The notes: generated from the sequence alone by a model not told the origin. A stretch of DNA of 64,000 nucleotides from Octopus bimaculoides (GCF_001194135.2 NC_068981.1:49548218-49612217), one strand, 5' to 3'. Positions 14,701 to 29,994 are shown, counted from the first letter of the stretch. Numbers and translations are program-made.

Positions 14701-15459
14701 GCTGGTCAGATAGCGGCCGATCAGTCTCTCCGAAATATATAGATGTCGTATATTTTATACACTAAATACATTTTGAAGTACAACATGTGATGAAGTTTGT
14801 TACAGACAAAAATGTAAAGAATTCTGAGAAAACAGGTGATGTAAGAAATATCACGCGGAAAACGTTGATAATCAAGTCGAAATTCTATTCAATAAAGCGA
14901 GCTTACCGATTAAGTCAAAGCCGATAACTATTAAAGCTATTAGTCTTATTATCTTAATAAGTAATGTATATTTTAAATGCTACGCTATGAATATATATTT
15001 TGCGAATATTGTAGTATCGTTATGTTTACTATATCGCATTAATTAAACGGCTTGCTAGTGTAACCAAATATGCTTTTTTATAAAGGATTTACTGATTTTA
15101 ATATCATCTGAATATTATATAAACACAATATACAAACACACACGTTTATAAACAGGGAAGGGGGAAAACCTTGAGACTAAATTCTTTGATAAAACCAGCG
15201 GATATTTCTGATAACATTCAATAAAGTAATTGGTGTGGGGAAAATTAATAATGATGTTTATCTTACTCTATCATCACTGATATACAAGGCAACTCACAAG
15301 GGATCTGTAGCTAAATAATTGATCACCCTTATTTGATCAGTATTTATCTCTGTATGCATGAGTAAACCTGACTAAAACTCTCTGGTAATTCAGGCTATCG
15401 CACAGGTTATAGTAACTTTTATCGTCTAACTTTATCGTTTAACTATTTTAAGGAATTTT

Positions 15460-15690
15460 TGATGATGTAATAATAACAAAAACAACGATGATAATGATGA
15501 TGATGAGGAGGAGGAGGAGGAGGAGGAGGAGGGGAAGTGCAGTAGGTGGATGATGATGATGATGATGAAGATCATGATGATGATGATGATGATGATGATG
15601 ATGGTGGTCATGATGATTATCATGATGATCATGATGTTCATGATAAAAATAATATAATATTAATAGTAGTAGTAATAGTAACAACAGCGT
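15460..15690 (+). repeat. Compound trinucleotide microsatellite (GAT/GAG/TAA/TAG)
   Basis: Direct reading. It generates spurious poly-D/H/I/L ORFs. Confidence 0.9.
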
Positions 15691-17832
15691 TTTTTCTTTT
15701 TTCCATAATGGCAACAACTGACACCATATTATCAGTAAAAATTACAAAAAAATGCTGGGTTTTTCGTAGAGTATACTAGGAAATGTATAAAAAAGTGTGA
15801 AATTTGACAAATGATGGGGCACCATAAACGCAACATTAAGAAGAAGGCTCATTGAAACGTTCCTACACCTTCGTATTATTGTATCATGAAATATGCGCTT
15901 GGCTTGGGCAAATCGCTTATTAGAGAGTTTTTCTTGCCACTGACGTATTGTTTGCAATGCTCTTTCATTAGACCCCGTCTAAACGTCTACGTAGTATCTC
16001 TCTGCCATACTATTATCTATAGCTGTATATTTGCTGATTCTAACCAACGCTAATTTATGTTTCTGTTGTTCATGCTGTTGTTGCTGCATCGGCACTTATA
16101 TCTATTTTTGCTTGTATTCTTGCTGCTGGTTTTAGCTTGATCTTATCGCCGGTGTGGTTGTTCGTATTTTTCATGCGCAGTTACTTTTTTTACTCTCTTT
16201 TTTTATTGTTTTTACCTAATGTAAGGTCTTTTTTATGCTATTATTTTGTATATAGATTTTTTGTACTGTTGTTGCTGGTGTTGTTGCCGACGTCGCCGTC
16301 ATCGTCGTGGTTGAATGATTGAATGGTTTTCGTCCTCGCATAAATTGCCCGTTTAGTTTCGAGTTCGTGATTGCTGGAATAGTTTTCTGTTTCTCATCCT
16401 ACTTGTTCGTTCTCATACTAAGTACTTTTGAGTTTGCTTTGCGGGCAGAGGTAAGAAAAGAGTTTGCTTGGAATGTCTTTGCTTTGCTGTAATTGCAGCT
16501 GACGTTCGTGGTATTGGTGAGGCCTGTTTGAAACTCTTTTCCGAGTAGTGTTTAACAGTACGGTTTCTGCAGTTGGCACACCCCCTATTCTTCTGGATGA
16601 AGCGGCGGAGTTGTTTCCTGTAAAGCTAAAGAATCGCCGCACTTTTTTGTTTACCACTGTAGATTTAAAAGCTTCAGGGAGTCCACTTTGCACCTTGTGC
16701 AGCACATAGGCTGCCCCACTGCCACCAGTAATGGTATTCCTTTAAAATCCTCGAAAACTACATGATCTTGGAGGTCTGGTAGTTCTTCAGGTGCAACGAA
16801 CATGCAGAACACTTGGTCAGGTCCTGTGAAATAAAACCTCATTTATCCGATGTATGCAGGAATTGTTATAAGCTTTTGCCCTAATCTTATTAATACTTAT
16901 AAGAGAATCTGTCCCACGCTGTCAAACTGTTGCTAAGAAACTTAGTGCTAATCACTTAGTTTGCAATCGATCAATTTCTGGATAAATTATCGTCATCCCT
17001 CTACGCTTGATAAACTTGCAGATTCTTCGTTTTTTGTTTTATTTACTGTTTTATGTGGTACACACCAAATCCGGATCGACTTGTATAACATACAGAGTCT
17101 GTGTTTTTCACAGGACTGATGAAAATGTATTTTCCTGTTCCTATGCGACAGCATCATTCTTATCATTATTATTGGTACTTTGTTGCTGTTTTTGTTATGG
17201 CTGTTGCTCTTAGCGATGTTCAATTTAGTAACAGTTCAGTCTTGCATACATATTCTGGAGAACATTTTTTTTTTCGCATATTCTTTGAAATAAGAAAATG
17301 ATAAAATTTGTATACGAGAAACTCTTAACAGCCTATTTCTCAACATAAAGGAAGATACAAAGGAAAAATCTACAAAATAGAAAAGAAGATTTGTTTCTCG
17401 GATTTAATTGATAAAAGAAAAATGGAAAATTCTCATCGGAGTGTAGAGTTATAATTTCTGGAATTTAAAAGAATCTACTTCGGGCGTGAATTTCCCCTTT
17501 ACATACACACAACAATACCCACAATAACAACATGCGTAACAATAAAAAAACAACGAAGACAATTAAAGAATAAGGATGAAAATTGTAACATATGCTGACT
17601 GTCGATTATATCTGAATTTCTGTGCTTAGCCGCACTGTGTTTTCGATTCCCCAAATACATATAAACTTCATCCTTACCTTATTTGATTTTCAAACATAAA
17701 GATATGTAACTTAATAAATCAGGATATTCACAGTTTTGCCATCTTATTGACTTACATAGAGTATATCTACCCCTCTCAACAAAAAAATATGGATATCAAG
17801 ATACATATATACATAGATATATATGTACATAT

Positions 17833-17872
<40 letters not shown>

Positions 17873-18984
17873 NNNNNNNNNNNNNNNNNNNNNNNNNNNN
17901 NNNNNNNNNNNNNNNNNNNNNNNNNNNNNNNNNNNNNNNNNNNNNNNNNNNNNNNNNNNNNNNNNNNNNNNNNNNNNNNNNNNNNNNNNNNNNNNNNNNN
18001 NNNNNNNNNNNNNNNNNNNNNNNNNNNNNNNNNNNNNNNNNNNNNTATATATATATGAGCATGCAACAAACGTATATATGTCTTTAAAACAAGTTAATTT
18101 TGAACATTTGCATGTCATTCAATAACAGAAATTCGAATGAGTGTATATGTGTATGTGTGTATGATTGAGTTATCGATTGTGTATATATGTGCGCATGTGC
18201 ACGCGATTAAATGTTTGTGTTTACGATAATGATATCTGTTCGCAATGTAATTTTCCAAATTTCAGTTATAACAACCCTATAGTCAGATAGAAATTCTAAG
18301 GAAATCCCATACATGTATAAGAAATATCTAATTACTAAGATTAGATTCGTGATTTTCTTATTAAAGCTCACAGTTTCAGTAATAATATGATTCGTATTTG
18401 AAAAGAAACTTGTAATCACCGTGGAAATTGCGTGATAAAGATTATTCCTATAAACACTTAAAGGACTCTCGTTCCTTTTTCTGTACATTATTTTTTTTTA
18501 ATATGAACATTCAAAATACCATCTCCATCATCCACCTGCGAAAGAATTTGAACTGCAGCTAATAAATATGGACTTAACTCACTGTGAATGACCCATATTG
18601 AAGGACACCTATTGCTAGTTTTAATATTCCCGCATATAGCACCACTATTTTATTATATTGAGAACTGTACGCATATATGCACCACATGATATGTTGAAAA
18701 AGCTAGTGGGACCATGTATTTTCAAGTATTAATTAGTTTCATTTGTATCAATATTATCACTACAAATAAATATTAGTTAAATGTTTATTCATTTTAAACC
18801 AAATGCATTCATAACACCATCATCCCCACAGAATATTTGTCCAGCATACGGGAACGGCTTGACTTTATTGCACTGTATTAATATTAACTATGCGACATGT
18901 TCAATTAAATACGACCGTACAGGTCACTGACATTTAATATATTTGTCACCAATAAGGCTGGCAAGATCAATAACGCATCGGAAA

Positions 18985-19137
18985 ATGTCCTAGAGTTCAA
19001 ATACCACAAAGGTCAAGTTGGTCTTTTATGCCTTCGAGGTTAAAACAAATAAATACCAGTTATGTACTGTGAACGAGGAAAGTGACTATTAAGTATACTG
19101 CGAAAAATCCAACTATTGTGCCTACAGTAGAAAAAAA
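18985..19137 (+). mobile_element. Family A SINE, decayed
   Basis: GAGTTCAAATACC..AAATACCAGTTATGTACTG..TTGTGCCTACAGTAGAAAAAAA matches the copy at 5637. Confidence 0.6.
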
Positions 19138-20645
19138 TTGATCATCAATACTTCGAGTAATAATAATAAAGTCAGAAAAAAATATTAAAAGGTAACACTT
19201 ATTAGGAATATCAGACAAATCAATTCACTGAAATAGAATAAGTTTGCGCAATAATTATTTCATTTCCATAAAAGCAGAAACATATATAATTTAGATCTGC
19301 TAATATCATGTTCTTTTAGGAGCAAATGTATGACTTCATAATACTGTGCAAATTCGGATTGTCTCTATCACTGATGGTAGACGTATTTCAATATCGATTT
19401 TCGAAGATGCTATCACATGTTTCGATGTAAAATTTTGGGTTTCTATGTCAACTTCCATAACATACTTTAGAACATCAGAGTTGAGTTTTGCAAAAGTGCC
19501 CAAGGTTTGTAGATCTTAAAATTTAGTCTACTGCATGGTTTGATCAAGTAACGCGGTACACCGGCGTTTCAGCTATAAGCAAATTGCAGTTATTTATTAT
19601 GTTGCATTCATTATCTGTATTATTGTAGCAATACTGTACAGAATAAGTTACGTTTCCTTTAGATTATTAGGTGCTTTCTTCCATAATATTATTTGGCTAT
19701 GTCACCTACTGTATTCCATAATGCTAAATGATATTTTGTTAAATTGAACACAATTCCTCCATTAGACACGCAATCTATAACATTTTTGCAATCAGAGGAG
19801 GTGTATATATATATATATATATATATATANNNNNNNNNNNNNNNNNNNNNNNNNNNNNNNNNNNNNNNNNNNNNNNNNNNNNNNNNNNNNNNNNNNNNNN
19901 NNNNNNNNNNNNNNNNNNNNNNNNNNNNNNNNNNNNNNNNNNNNNNNNNNNNNNNNNNNNNNNNNNNNNNNNNNNNNNNNNNNNNNNNNNNNNNNNNNNN
20001 NNNNNNNNNNNNNNNNNNNNNNNNNNNNNNNNNNNNNNNNNNNNNNNNNNNNNNNNNNNNNNNNNNNNNNNNNNNNNNNNNNNNNNNNNNNNNNNNNNNN
20101 NNNNNNNNNNNNNNNNNNNNNNNNNNNNNNNNNNNNNNNNNNNNNNNNNNNNNNNNNNNNNNNNNNNNNNNNNNNNNNNNNNNNNNNNNNNNNNNNNNNN
20201 NNNNNNNNNNNNNNNNNNNNNNNNNNNNNNNNNNNNNNNNNNNNNNNNNNNNNNNNNNNNNNNNNNNNNNNNNNNNNNNNNNNNNNNNNNNNNNNNNNNN
20301 NNNNNNNNNNNNNNNNNNNNNNNNNNNNNNNNNNNNNNNNNNNNNNNNNNNNNNNNNNNNNNNNNNNNNNNNNNNNNNNNNNNNNNNNNNNNAAAAAAAA
20401 AAAATAAAAAAAAAACTTGCTATAGAATTTTATTTCATCTAAGCAAGATTTTAATAAAAGTAAATATGCAAATCCTCAGCCGTCAATGCTATCACTTATA
20501 AGCGTGTGTCCATGGTTAATTTGCATATGAAAAGCACCTACTGGCCCATTTCCTCAAACAACTTCCGTTGTTTTGACTGTGGCATATTGAGCCGCAATTC
20601 TCTCGCTTTCTCACTCTCTCCCCTCTATCTACCCCTCTATCCCTA

Positions 20646-20687
<42 letters not shown>

Positions 20688-21412
20688 ATCTCTGTTACCC
20701 TCCTCCTACTATCACGTGGTCCCTGACGACCTAAGGTGATGTCATTCTTTTGTTGGTTGCCTTCGACCACATTGGACACGATTCTTTGTGCTCCTCGCCC
20801 TACCCCCTCGCGTGTCTATAGTCCTTTAGGACAATTTTCATTTCTCCTTCAGGTTACCTACTTTTATCCTGTCTTGCAGCCCTAAGGCTTTTTGTTGTAT
20901 ATTTATTATAAGTATTAATTAGTGTCTTCTTGTGGCCCTAAGCCTTTATTCTGTTTATTGTTTTGTTATTTGTCCGTCCATTATCGATCTCGTAGTATTA
21001 TTAAAAACATATTCAAATCTACATATTGTATCGGTTACTTTTATTAATACTCTTAAATGAATTATTTCAATATGTTTTTAGTTTATTAAACACATTCGTT
21101 TCAAACAAATCTTTCTGCGTAAACAACACAGTTGCTAAGAATAGCATTTTCATATAGTGAAGATTTTCAAAAAAAATTGTTATGAAACACAGCAACCCTA
21201 TATGGATAGAACACTAGTAAATATTCGTATAAAGATTTTTCATATAATAAATAGAATGTAAGTCTTCGAATATGTGTTTAGTATATCAAAATTACAGTCC
21301 AATACTAAAATAAATATATTGCGATGGTAAAGTGAATTTGCAACTTGCACCATGATCAATATCATATTCTTAAGTAAGAAGGACACAACATTTCGAGACA
21401 TTTCGAGACCTG

Positions 21413-21483
<71 letters not shown>

Positions 21484-21575
21484 GTATCTATGTCTCATAC
21501 AAAAATGTATGTATGTGTATAGGAATATACACGCACACATATATATATTATATATATTATATATATGCATATAGA

Positions 21576-21627
<52 letters not shown>

Positions 21628-22193
21628 CATATATTAACTGACAAAATGAATAAGTGTGAATCTATGAATTAAAGTTGAGAAAGTTGTTTTCGATATAAAC
21701 GGTATTACTGTGTTCATACTACACACTACTGGGATTGACAATGGTTAGAATTAATAACATTTGAAGCTACAATCGCAACATTTTTATCACGTGTAGATTA
21801 AGAAACTAGAGGAAGTGTGTATTAATTAAATCATTATAGTGAATATAACGGTGATCATAGGCGAGGCATGTCACATGCATAAGAGTGTGGGCAACAGTTA
21901 ACGTTTATAATCTCTTCCCGACAGCAAAAGAAGCAATAAATCCTAGGTTAAAGAATCTGTCATTGTTGAAAAGGAAAAGTCTCAATATTAACAAATAGAT
22001 AGTATGAGAATAATATATTACTGACTATAACAGAGAAGTCATGCAATGAAAGCTGTCTTCTGATATAATTGGATATCAACTTGGATTTACAATTCTCAAG
22101 TTTTCACTTATTCAGAATTGAAATTCTGCACATCATGTGATACCTTAGGGGATAAGTTAACATTAATCACCATACATTGTGTATATGAATTCC

Positions 22194-22240
<47 letters not shown>

Positions 22241-23477
22241 CATACCTATGTACGTCACAGATAGAGAGTAGAGAGTGAGTCTGGGATAGCATATGTGCGT
22301 GCGTGCGTGCGTGTGTGTGTTCAAAGATGGTAGAGAAAGAGGGAGAAATGAAAAGAAAGATAAAGGATAACGGGAAGAAAAAGAATGATGGTGCAATAGA
22401 TTGCTTTTGACAGAATGTTATATTATTGCGTTGTGTTGCGGTATAAAATATATATTACCCACTGAAATATTTATAAATTATAAATATGCGGAAATATATA
22501 TATACCTCTACATGCGCAAGCATCTTCACTACAAAAGTGAAGCGGATAATACTCTCACAAACATACACATAATTTGCATATACTTAAATATACGTATGGA
22601 ACTAAACTACATTTTAAATATAACTGATTATACTATTTCCATATTCTGGTTCTGAATTACTGGACTGATGTTAAAATGTATTTCAAAATGTTTAGTATAA
22701 TTTCTGTAGATAAATTACGTTAACTCATAGCCAGTTAATTTACATTAAAAGAAGTTACCGGTCAAGGCAAACATATGTGTCTGTGTGTATGTATGCATAC
22801 ATGCATGTATGTATGTGTTTATGTATGTATGTATGTATGTATTTATTATGCAGGTATATATGCATATATAGCCGATTATTTCAGTTTAATCGATACTCTA
22901 ATAGATACATCCAGGTGTATTAATATACCACATATTAATTCATCTGTATTCACGAATTTAGATAGAAATATATAATTTCAATATGTGATATATATTTTTA
23001 ACAAACGCGTACATAAGTACGACGAAGTAAAATGCTTTCAAACAGATGGTAATAACAATGCAGTATTGCATGCTAGATAAGTATAAAGTGTTAAAACTTA
23101 ATCTCATTCATAAAGTTTTCAGTCGATTGACGGTCGAATTGTTGTATAACAGTCAAAATACAAACATCAAAGTATATAGAATATATGTAATATTTAGCAA
23201 TTTTAACAGATGAAAATATTTTAACGCTATAAATTTTGAAAATCAATTAATTTGAATCATACATTGTCACTGAACCGGACATGGATGACGTCAAAACAAT
23301 TTATATTACACAGTAATATATAGCATTCATTACGTTCGTAGAGCGAAGTTCGAGATAATCGTTTACATACATACATACATACACGCATACATACACACAC
23401 GCATACGTGCATACATGGACACATACATACATGCACACATGCACACATAGATGCATACATGCAAAAGGCAAATAAAC

Positions 23478-23523
<46 letters not shown>

Positions 23524-23676
23524 GTATATGTACAAACGAAAGAAGGGCAACTAGCAAATTTATTTCAATTTTCTTGTTTGGATCAAAACAGTTTGATTCA
23601 AATTCATAGGGACGCTTGAATTTCAAGCGTGAAGGTAGTCATCGAATTTCAATGAAACTGTTTTTTATCCATACAG

Positions 23677-23762
<86 letters not shown>

Positions 23763-23766
<4 letters not shown>

Positions 23767-23914
23767 AAGGGCTTCTTTCAGTTTCCGTCTAGCAAATCCG
23801 TCGGCCCGAGGCTACAGTAGAAGACACTTTCCCAAGGTGCCGCGCAGTGGGATTGAACCTGGAACAATGTGGTAGGTAAGCAAGCTACTTACCAAACAGT
23901 CGCTCCTGCACCTA
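23763..23914 (-). mobile_element. Octopod-type SINE family B, head, antisense
   Basis: Reverse complement TAGGTGCAGGAGCGACTGTTTGGTAAGTAGCTTG..GGTTCAATCCCACTGCGCGGCACCTTGGGAAAGTGTCTTCTACTGTAGCC..GACGGAAACTGAAAGAAGCCC, running into (AT)n. Confidence 0.8.
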
Positions 23915-23949
23915 TATAATCAAACCAACCGTCGATATGGGTTTCTTTT

Positions 23950-24900
23950 ACGCTGATCGGAATGGTTTCAGAATCTAAGCAACCAGTTATATTCACCAGT
24001 GTCACTGACCATTTTCTTTAAGATTAGCTGATTAGTTATGTAAAACCTTCTAAAAGTCTTTGCAAACAGTGATGAAACTTTCGAAATATTTTGAGAAAAT
24101 GAGAATTTTCTCCTTAAGAGAAAGCAAGACATAGACCATTATGACACAAATGCATTTGACAGATATTACCTCTATTTTAACCAAATATCCTCGTACGGAA
24201 TTATTTCTATATCCTACTTCATTCTTTTGATTAAAAATTAGGCCTAACGAAAATTTTAATACACCTACACCATCCTAATGCCTTAATCTTTAAATATCGT
24301 TGATTATTAATTATATTTAATGCTATATATCATTTGTAGGTTAGTCCCCAATCCACTAGACTTTAGGATTTTACCTTTTATTAAGTATATTTCTCTGCTT
24401 CTTTAACCTCTTTTTCAAATATTTTTCCTCTTGTTCTTTATTTTGCATTTTTTTCATGTTCCCTGATCTGTATAGATTCCATACGCTTCGATGCTAATAC
24501 AGTGTTTAGTCTACGAGAAGCTCGCTTTAACTCGCTTAAAAGAGTGAGCATAAATTTTTCTTTATTTCATAATTTTTTAATGAACTCTGCAGAATATTCT
24601 GACTCGACAAGTCTGATTCTTTTAAAATGATCTTCATTCCTCCCTCTTCTTAATTCTTTCTTTTTGTCATTCATTTCTGATTCACTCCCTCTTCCACACT
24701 TCACGAACATTTTATCACTGTACATCCCAACACATTTGTTAATATGATTATTTCTAACTAAACTTCGTTAGTCCTCCCCTTTCTTCCATTTCTTGTAGAC
24801 GTTTGCAGACACTATAATGCTGTTGCACTGTTACATTCATCATAAACTGCCATTGTTTACTTCTGACGAAAAAACAACTTCAAAGCGTATCTTGATTTTA
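23950..24900 (-). mobile_element. Possible very old LINE fossil
   Basis: Minus strand KIFEKEVKEAEKY..KVKS*SLVDWGL resembles ITEEEVKEAI..GKSPGLDGL, followed by a GYRNNS (GFRKGRS-like) remnant. Highly decayed. Confidence 0.3.
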
Positions 24901-25339
24901 TAGAGGTTTCATGCTTATATGTGTTCATTGTTTGCTTTATTAATTTTTTTCTGCTTCTTTGATGCGTATTACTACATCGGTATTCACACCCTTTCTCGTC
25001 ATAAATTTTATTCCATCAAATAGTCGCTGAAATTTTCAAACAGCAGAAGTACTACTTAGGAGAAATTTCGCTTCAGTTGCTATCATTTGGTTTAGTATAT
25101 ANNNNNNNNNNNNNNTATATATATATATATACATATATATACAAACACACATACATATATATATACATTCATATGTATATTCATACATATATATATATAT
25201 GTGTGTGTGTGTGTTGCATTTTAAATAATATGATATAATGCCACCTGCATGTTTGTCCATCTATTATCTTTATACATACACATATGATATAAAGCATTCA
25301 CGGTAAGAAGACGCTATCATGATTCAAGGAAGAGTCCCA

Positions 25340-25835
25340 CCACCACATGATTCTCTACCACATGGTTCTCCACCACATGGTTCTCCACCACATGGTTCAA
25401 TAATGAGTCCCACTACGTGGCAATATTAGGCAAGCGTCTTCCACTATAGCCTTAGGCTTACCAAGTCGTTCTAAGTGGATATCGTAGAAAGGAACTGATA
25501 GAAGCCCATCATGGGTGTGTGTCTGCGTGTGTGTGCTTGTGTGCATATGTGTATATGTGTTTGTATGTGTCTGTGTACGTGCGTGCGTGGATCTTTCTGT
25601 TTATGTTTGTCCCGTACCACGATTTAACAGTGCTGAGCATGGCCGGAGTCTAACGACTGAAAGAAATGACGGAGAACATATACTTTTATACTTTCATACT
25701 TTTAGTGGAAGAAATCGACCACTGGACTTAATTTTTTGTAAGCCTGATACTTATTCTATCGCCTCCTGTGCCGAACTGCTAAGTTACGTGGACGTAAGGA
25801 CAGCAATATCAGCTGTAGGCGATGGTGATGAGAGA
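25340..25835. mobile_element. Tail-to-tail pair of family B SINEs (25340-25670 plus; 25679-25835 minus)
   Basis: Plus copy: CCACATGGTTC..GTCCCACTACGTGGCAA..AGGCAAGCGTCTTCCACTATAGCC..GAAGCCC..GTGCTGAGCATGGCC..GACTGAAA. Minus copy: GAAATCGACC..GTAAGCCTGATACTTATTCTATCG..GCCGAACTGCTAAGTTACG, which is the reverse complement of the tail at 59105-59298. Confidence 0.7.
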
Positions 25836-27829
25836 TATAGATAGACAAACATGGAGACAATTTGTTTAATTTCAACTGATAGTTGAATTTAAACAAATAG
25901 AGAGATCCACATCGTCTTCCTGCAAGTCCTGCTTATTGCATGTAGCTTAGTGATGAATATTTCAAAACTTAATGTGTGTTGAGTTCTTTGTAACAGATGT
26001 ATATCAATACCTGCTTTGACAGAGTATAAGTTACTAGACTAAAATATTGAGACAGCAGTGAGTTAGAATATTTTGAATATACATCCCTAATATACATACT
26101 CAAAGTGTAAAGTGATACTGTATTCAAGCCATAAGACTCTCTCTGAAGGACGAACGCGCGTACAACTTGACTGTACTCGAATTAATATAAAGCTGTAAGC
26201 TCTTCCCTTGTTATACACACTTGATTGTTAGAAAATCATTGTGGAAGAAGCAATAACGATGTGATATGTCTTTTTCGGAAACAATAAAAAACTGTACGAA
26301 CATATTTTATTAAGTCGATGTAAAATTATCAATATAAAAGTTCGAGTTAGTTTATCGATCGATCTGTAAAGGAAAACATTTAATTAATCATCGAATTTAA
26401 GTGGCACTGACTGGGTCATGAATCTGGACATCAATACTTGGTATTTAGAACGTTTGTCGCTTAGGATTATCGATTATCATTCTTGACCCTGTACAAGATC
26501 AAAAGGTGTCAAGCAAGCCTGTTAAAATGAGCTTCAATTTATTTCCTTTAAATCAGAGTAAAATAACGTGTTACGCATAAATTACATTCAGACGAAATAG
26601 CTTTGTTTAAGGGAACAATATAAAAGCAAAGAAACATGTACTTTGAAAATATTCATATGCTTTCAAATCAGTCTGTGGTATAATGAGAATGGATATGTTA
26701 GCAGACTTGATTAACATCAACGGCTATACATGTGGGTATTTCGACTGACTGGCTTCACGTAACAATATTGGAATTGATTACATTAAACTTTACAGGATTA
26801 ATAATAATTTTCTGAAAGAGTAGAATTATAATTGAATCTGCTGAATGTGAGTGAATATTAAAGAAACCACTAGCAACGATGTATGAATTAATGTCAGACA
26901 TGTCGGCCTAGTTAACAGAAATCTATAATCTGCTCTCGTAAAAAATACACTATTACCATGGAATTGTGTGTGTTATATTTAATTTCACTAAAAACTATTA
27001 ATGTGTATAAGCCCATATTTTTTCACTTAAAACAAATAATTAGTAGGGTGTACCAGCGATTTGGGTATTGAAATGATATACTTAGTGTATATTGGAGAAA
27101 AATCTATACATGCTCTTAGCTATTTATATTACAGGATATATACTAAGCAGTGTAACGCAATAAAGAAATTGTCTCAATGAATATATTACGTTGTTTAAAC
27201 TAATACAATTCAAATGACCACTGCAAAAATTCTACAAGCAATTAGCATTCAATAGAGTTTCATGATTTTCTCACAGAGACAATAAATTGGTGACAAGTAC
27301 TAAGAATACGTATGTATCAGATATGCCAAAATACCCATCGATTTCATTATAATTGTATCTATAATTATTAAATTAAATATTAAAAAAAATAGGAAATGTT
27401 ATTTGTAGAAGAAAACATGGCCTGATCGTTAAAATATATATTTAAGAATGATTAATTATAGCACATTTATCCAACTTACCAATGTTTACACTATGTTAAT
27501 ATAACTATCTCTAATGTATACAGAGAAACCAATGAAAGCAAAAAGTTACCATTAAGTTGATTGGTTAAACACAATATAATATTGTCATTTGTTTTTGTAC
27601 AACAAATGATGAAGCTCACGCGCAAAAATGTGAAAGCGCAGTCATCTGGTGTAATATTTTGCCATCTTATGACGAATCGTGCAATGAAAAAGCATCTTTA
27701 TTCGCATTTATACTAAAACGGTGTCTCTTGAGGATGTTACTCCATTCTCTTGTTTTGGCATTGTGAAATACATAAAAATATGACGACTTTACACAAGAAA
27801 TCTGATTGTATTATGAAACAGGAATAAAA

Positions 27830-28022
27830 GGGAGCAAGCCGGCAGAATCGTTAGCACGGCAGAATCGTTAGCACAGCAGAGAAAATGCATTCGTTCATTT
27901 CATATTCGTTCAACTTACGTTGAAGTCAATGAAACGATTACCAGTCGATGATAGGGGTCGATGCAATCGATTTTCCCTCACCTCCTCTGAAATTTTAGGT
28001 CTTGTGCCTATAGCAGACAAGA
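27830..28022 (+). mobile_element. Family A SINE, decayed, with a 17-bp head duplication
   Basis: GGCAGAATCGTTAGCAC x2 (27841-27874), GGGGTCGATGCAATCGA, and TTTTAGGTCTTGTGCCTATAG. Confidence 0.65.
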
Positions 28023-28324
28023 GGACTGTGAAACATGCATTAAAAATTGTTATGAAGAATACATAAGCTTTACAAAAGTATTAAAGATTAAACTGATGTG
28101 TGAGTATAGGAAAGTAAATATAGAGATCCGCAGATTCGTATGTTTAGCAACTTATCTATAACCATCCAACTTATAGGGTATATTTCAACGTTTTACGGAA
28201 AGAGTTGCCTGTCGTTTCAAACATAAAAATATTAAAAAAACAAATGAAATACAGGTTCAAACACTACAATATCATGTATAATCAAACATCTTAAAACGTA
28301 CACACACACATGTATGCATGTATG

Positions 28325-28384
<60 letters not shown>

Positions 28385-28412
28385 TATGAGTGTGTGTGTG
28401 TGTGTGTGTGTG

Positions 28413-28820
<408 letters not shown>

Positions 28821-29659
28821 TATACACACATGTATTTATACACACACACACCACGCGCTATGTTGATACAAAGGATAACATTCCCCATAAGTATCATGTA
28901 AGACGTACTTTATGCTACTTGTCGGTTGGTCGTTGTGATAATGTTTGAGACAGGATTTTTATTACCATACTGCAATGAACTGAGGTGTTCATGTGTGTAT
29001 CATGTTGGTTAATGTCTGTGCAGCATTTGAAATCTTTTTGTCAAGCACTTAGTGGAAATAATATGTAAAAATGCATGCTAAAATAAAATAGAGGTTGATA
29101 TCACAAAATAGTGATGTGTATAAATACAAGCTTGTTATCAGTTCAAATATGCCTGAGGCACATTTGATGTCGTAACGAAAAAAAAATTGCTGATGGTGTA
29201 AATCGGCGCTCCTTAACGGAATAGTTGGACGCATGCATTTCGGAGTGCGCATATCCCATCATCTGCAGAAACACTGCGTACACATATGCATATATGTATA
29301 TACTCAAATACATATGCATATGAGTTATATTTTTCTATTCGCACACACATATATTCAAATACATACATGCACAAACTTGTCCTCTGTTACACACATACTT
29401 ACGTATGTTCTAATATAGGTGTGAATGGTAGGGATTTTACAGGTACGTAATGAATAAATAATTAAATACTAGAAATTCCCAGCTGGCGGTAGACTTAAAC
29501 AGCGAAGCTGTGTAACAGCTCCACTTAGCAGTGTACTAGTCTTTTGGGGAGTGTACGCAGTTAAAAGCATTTAGGTCAAGCTTCCCTTCGAGCAACTGGA
29601 CCTGAACACTGCATTTTCCCCTGAATATCTCTCAATCAACCTCTCTTTCTTTTGTTCTG

Positions 29660-29700
<41 letters not shown>

Positions 29701-29835
29701 NNNNNNNNNNNNNNNNNNNNNNNNNNNNNNNNNNNNNNNNNNNNNNNNNNNNNNNNNNNNNNNNNNNNNNNNNNNNNNNNNNNNNNNNNNNNNNNNNNNN
29801 NNNNNNNNNNNNNNNNNNNNNNNNNNNNNNNNNNN

Positions 29836-29870
<35 letters not shown>

Positions 29871-29886
29871 GGGAGAGAGAGAGATA

Positions 29887-29918
<32 letters not shown>

Positions 29919-29961
29919 AAGAGTTAAATAAATAGACAGACAGACGGATAGACGGACACGC

Positions 29962-29994
<33 letters not shown>

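Noticed and set aside
15432-15779. Poly-D/poly-H/poly-I ORFs
   Set aside because: These are translations of a compound trinucleotide microsatellite, with no splice or codon support.
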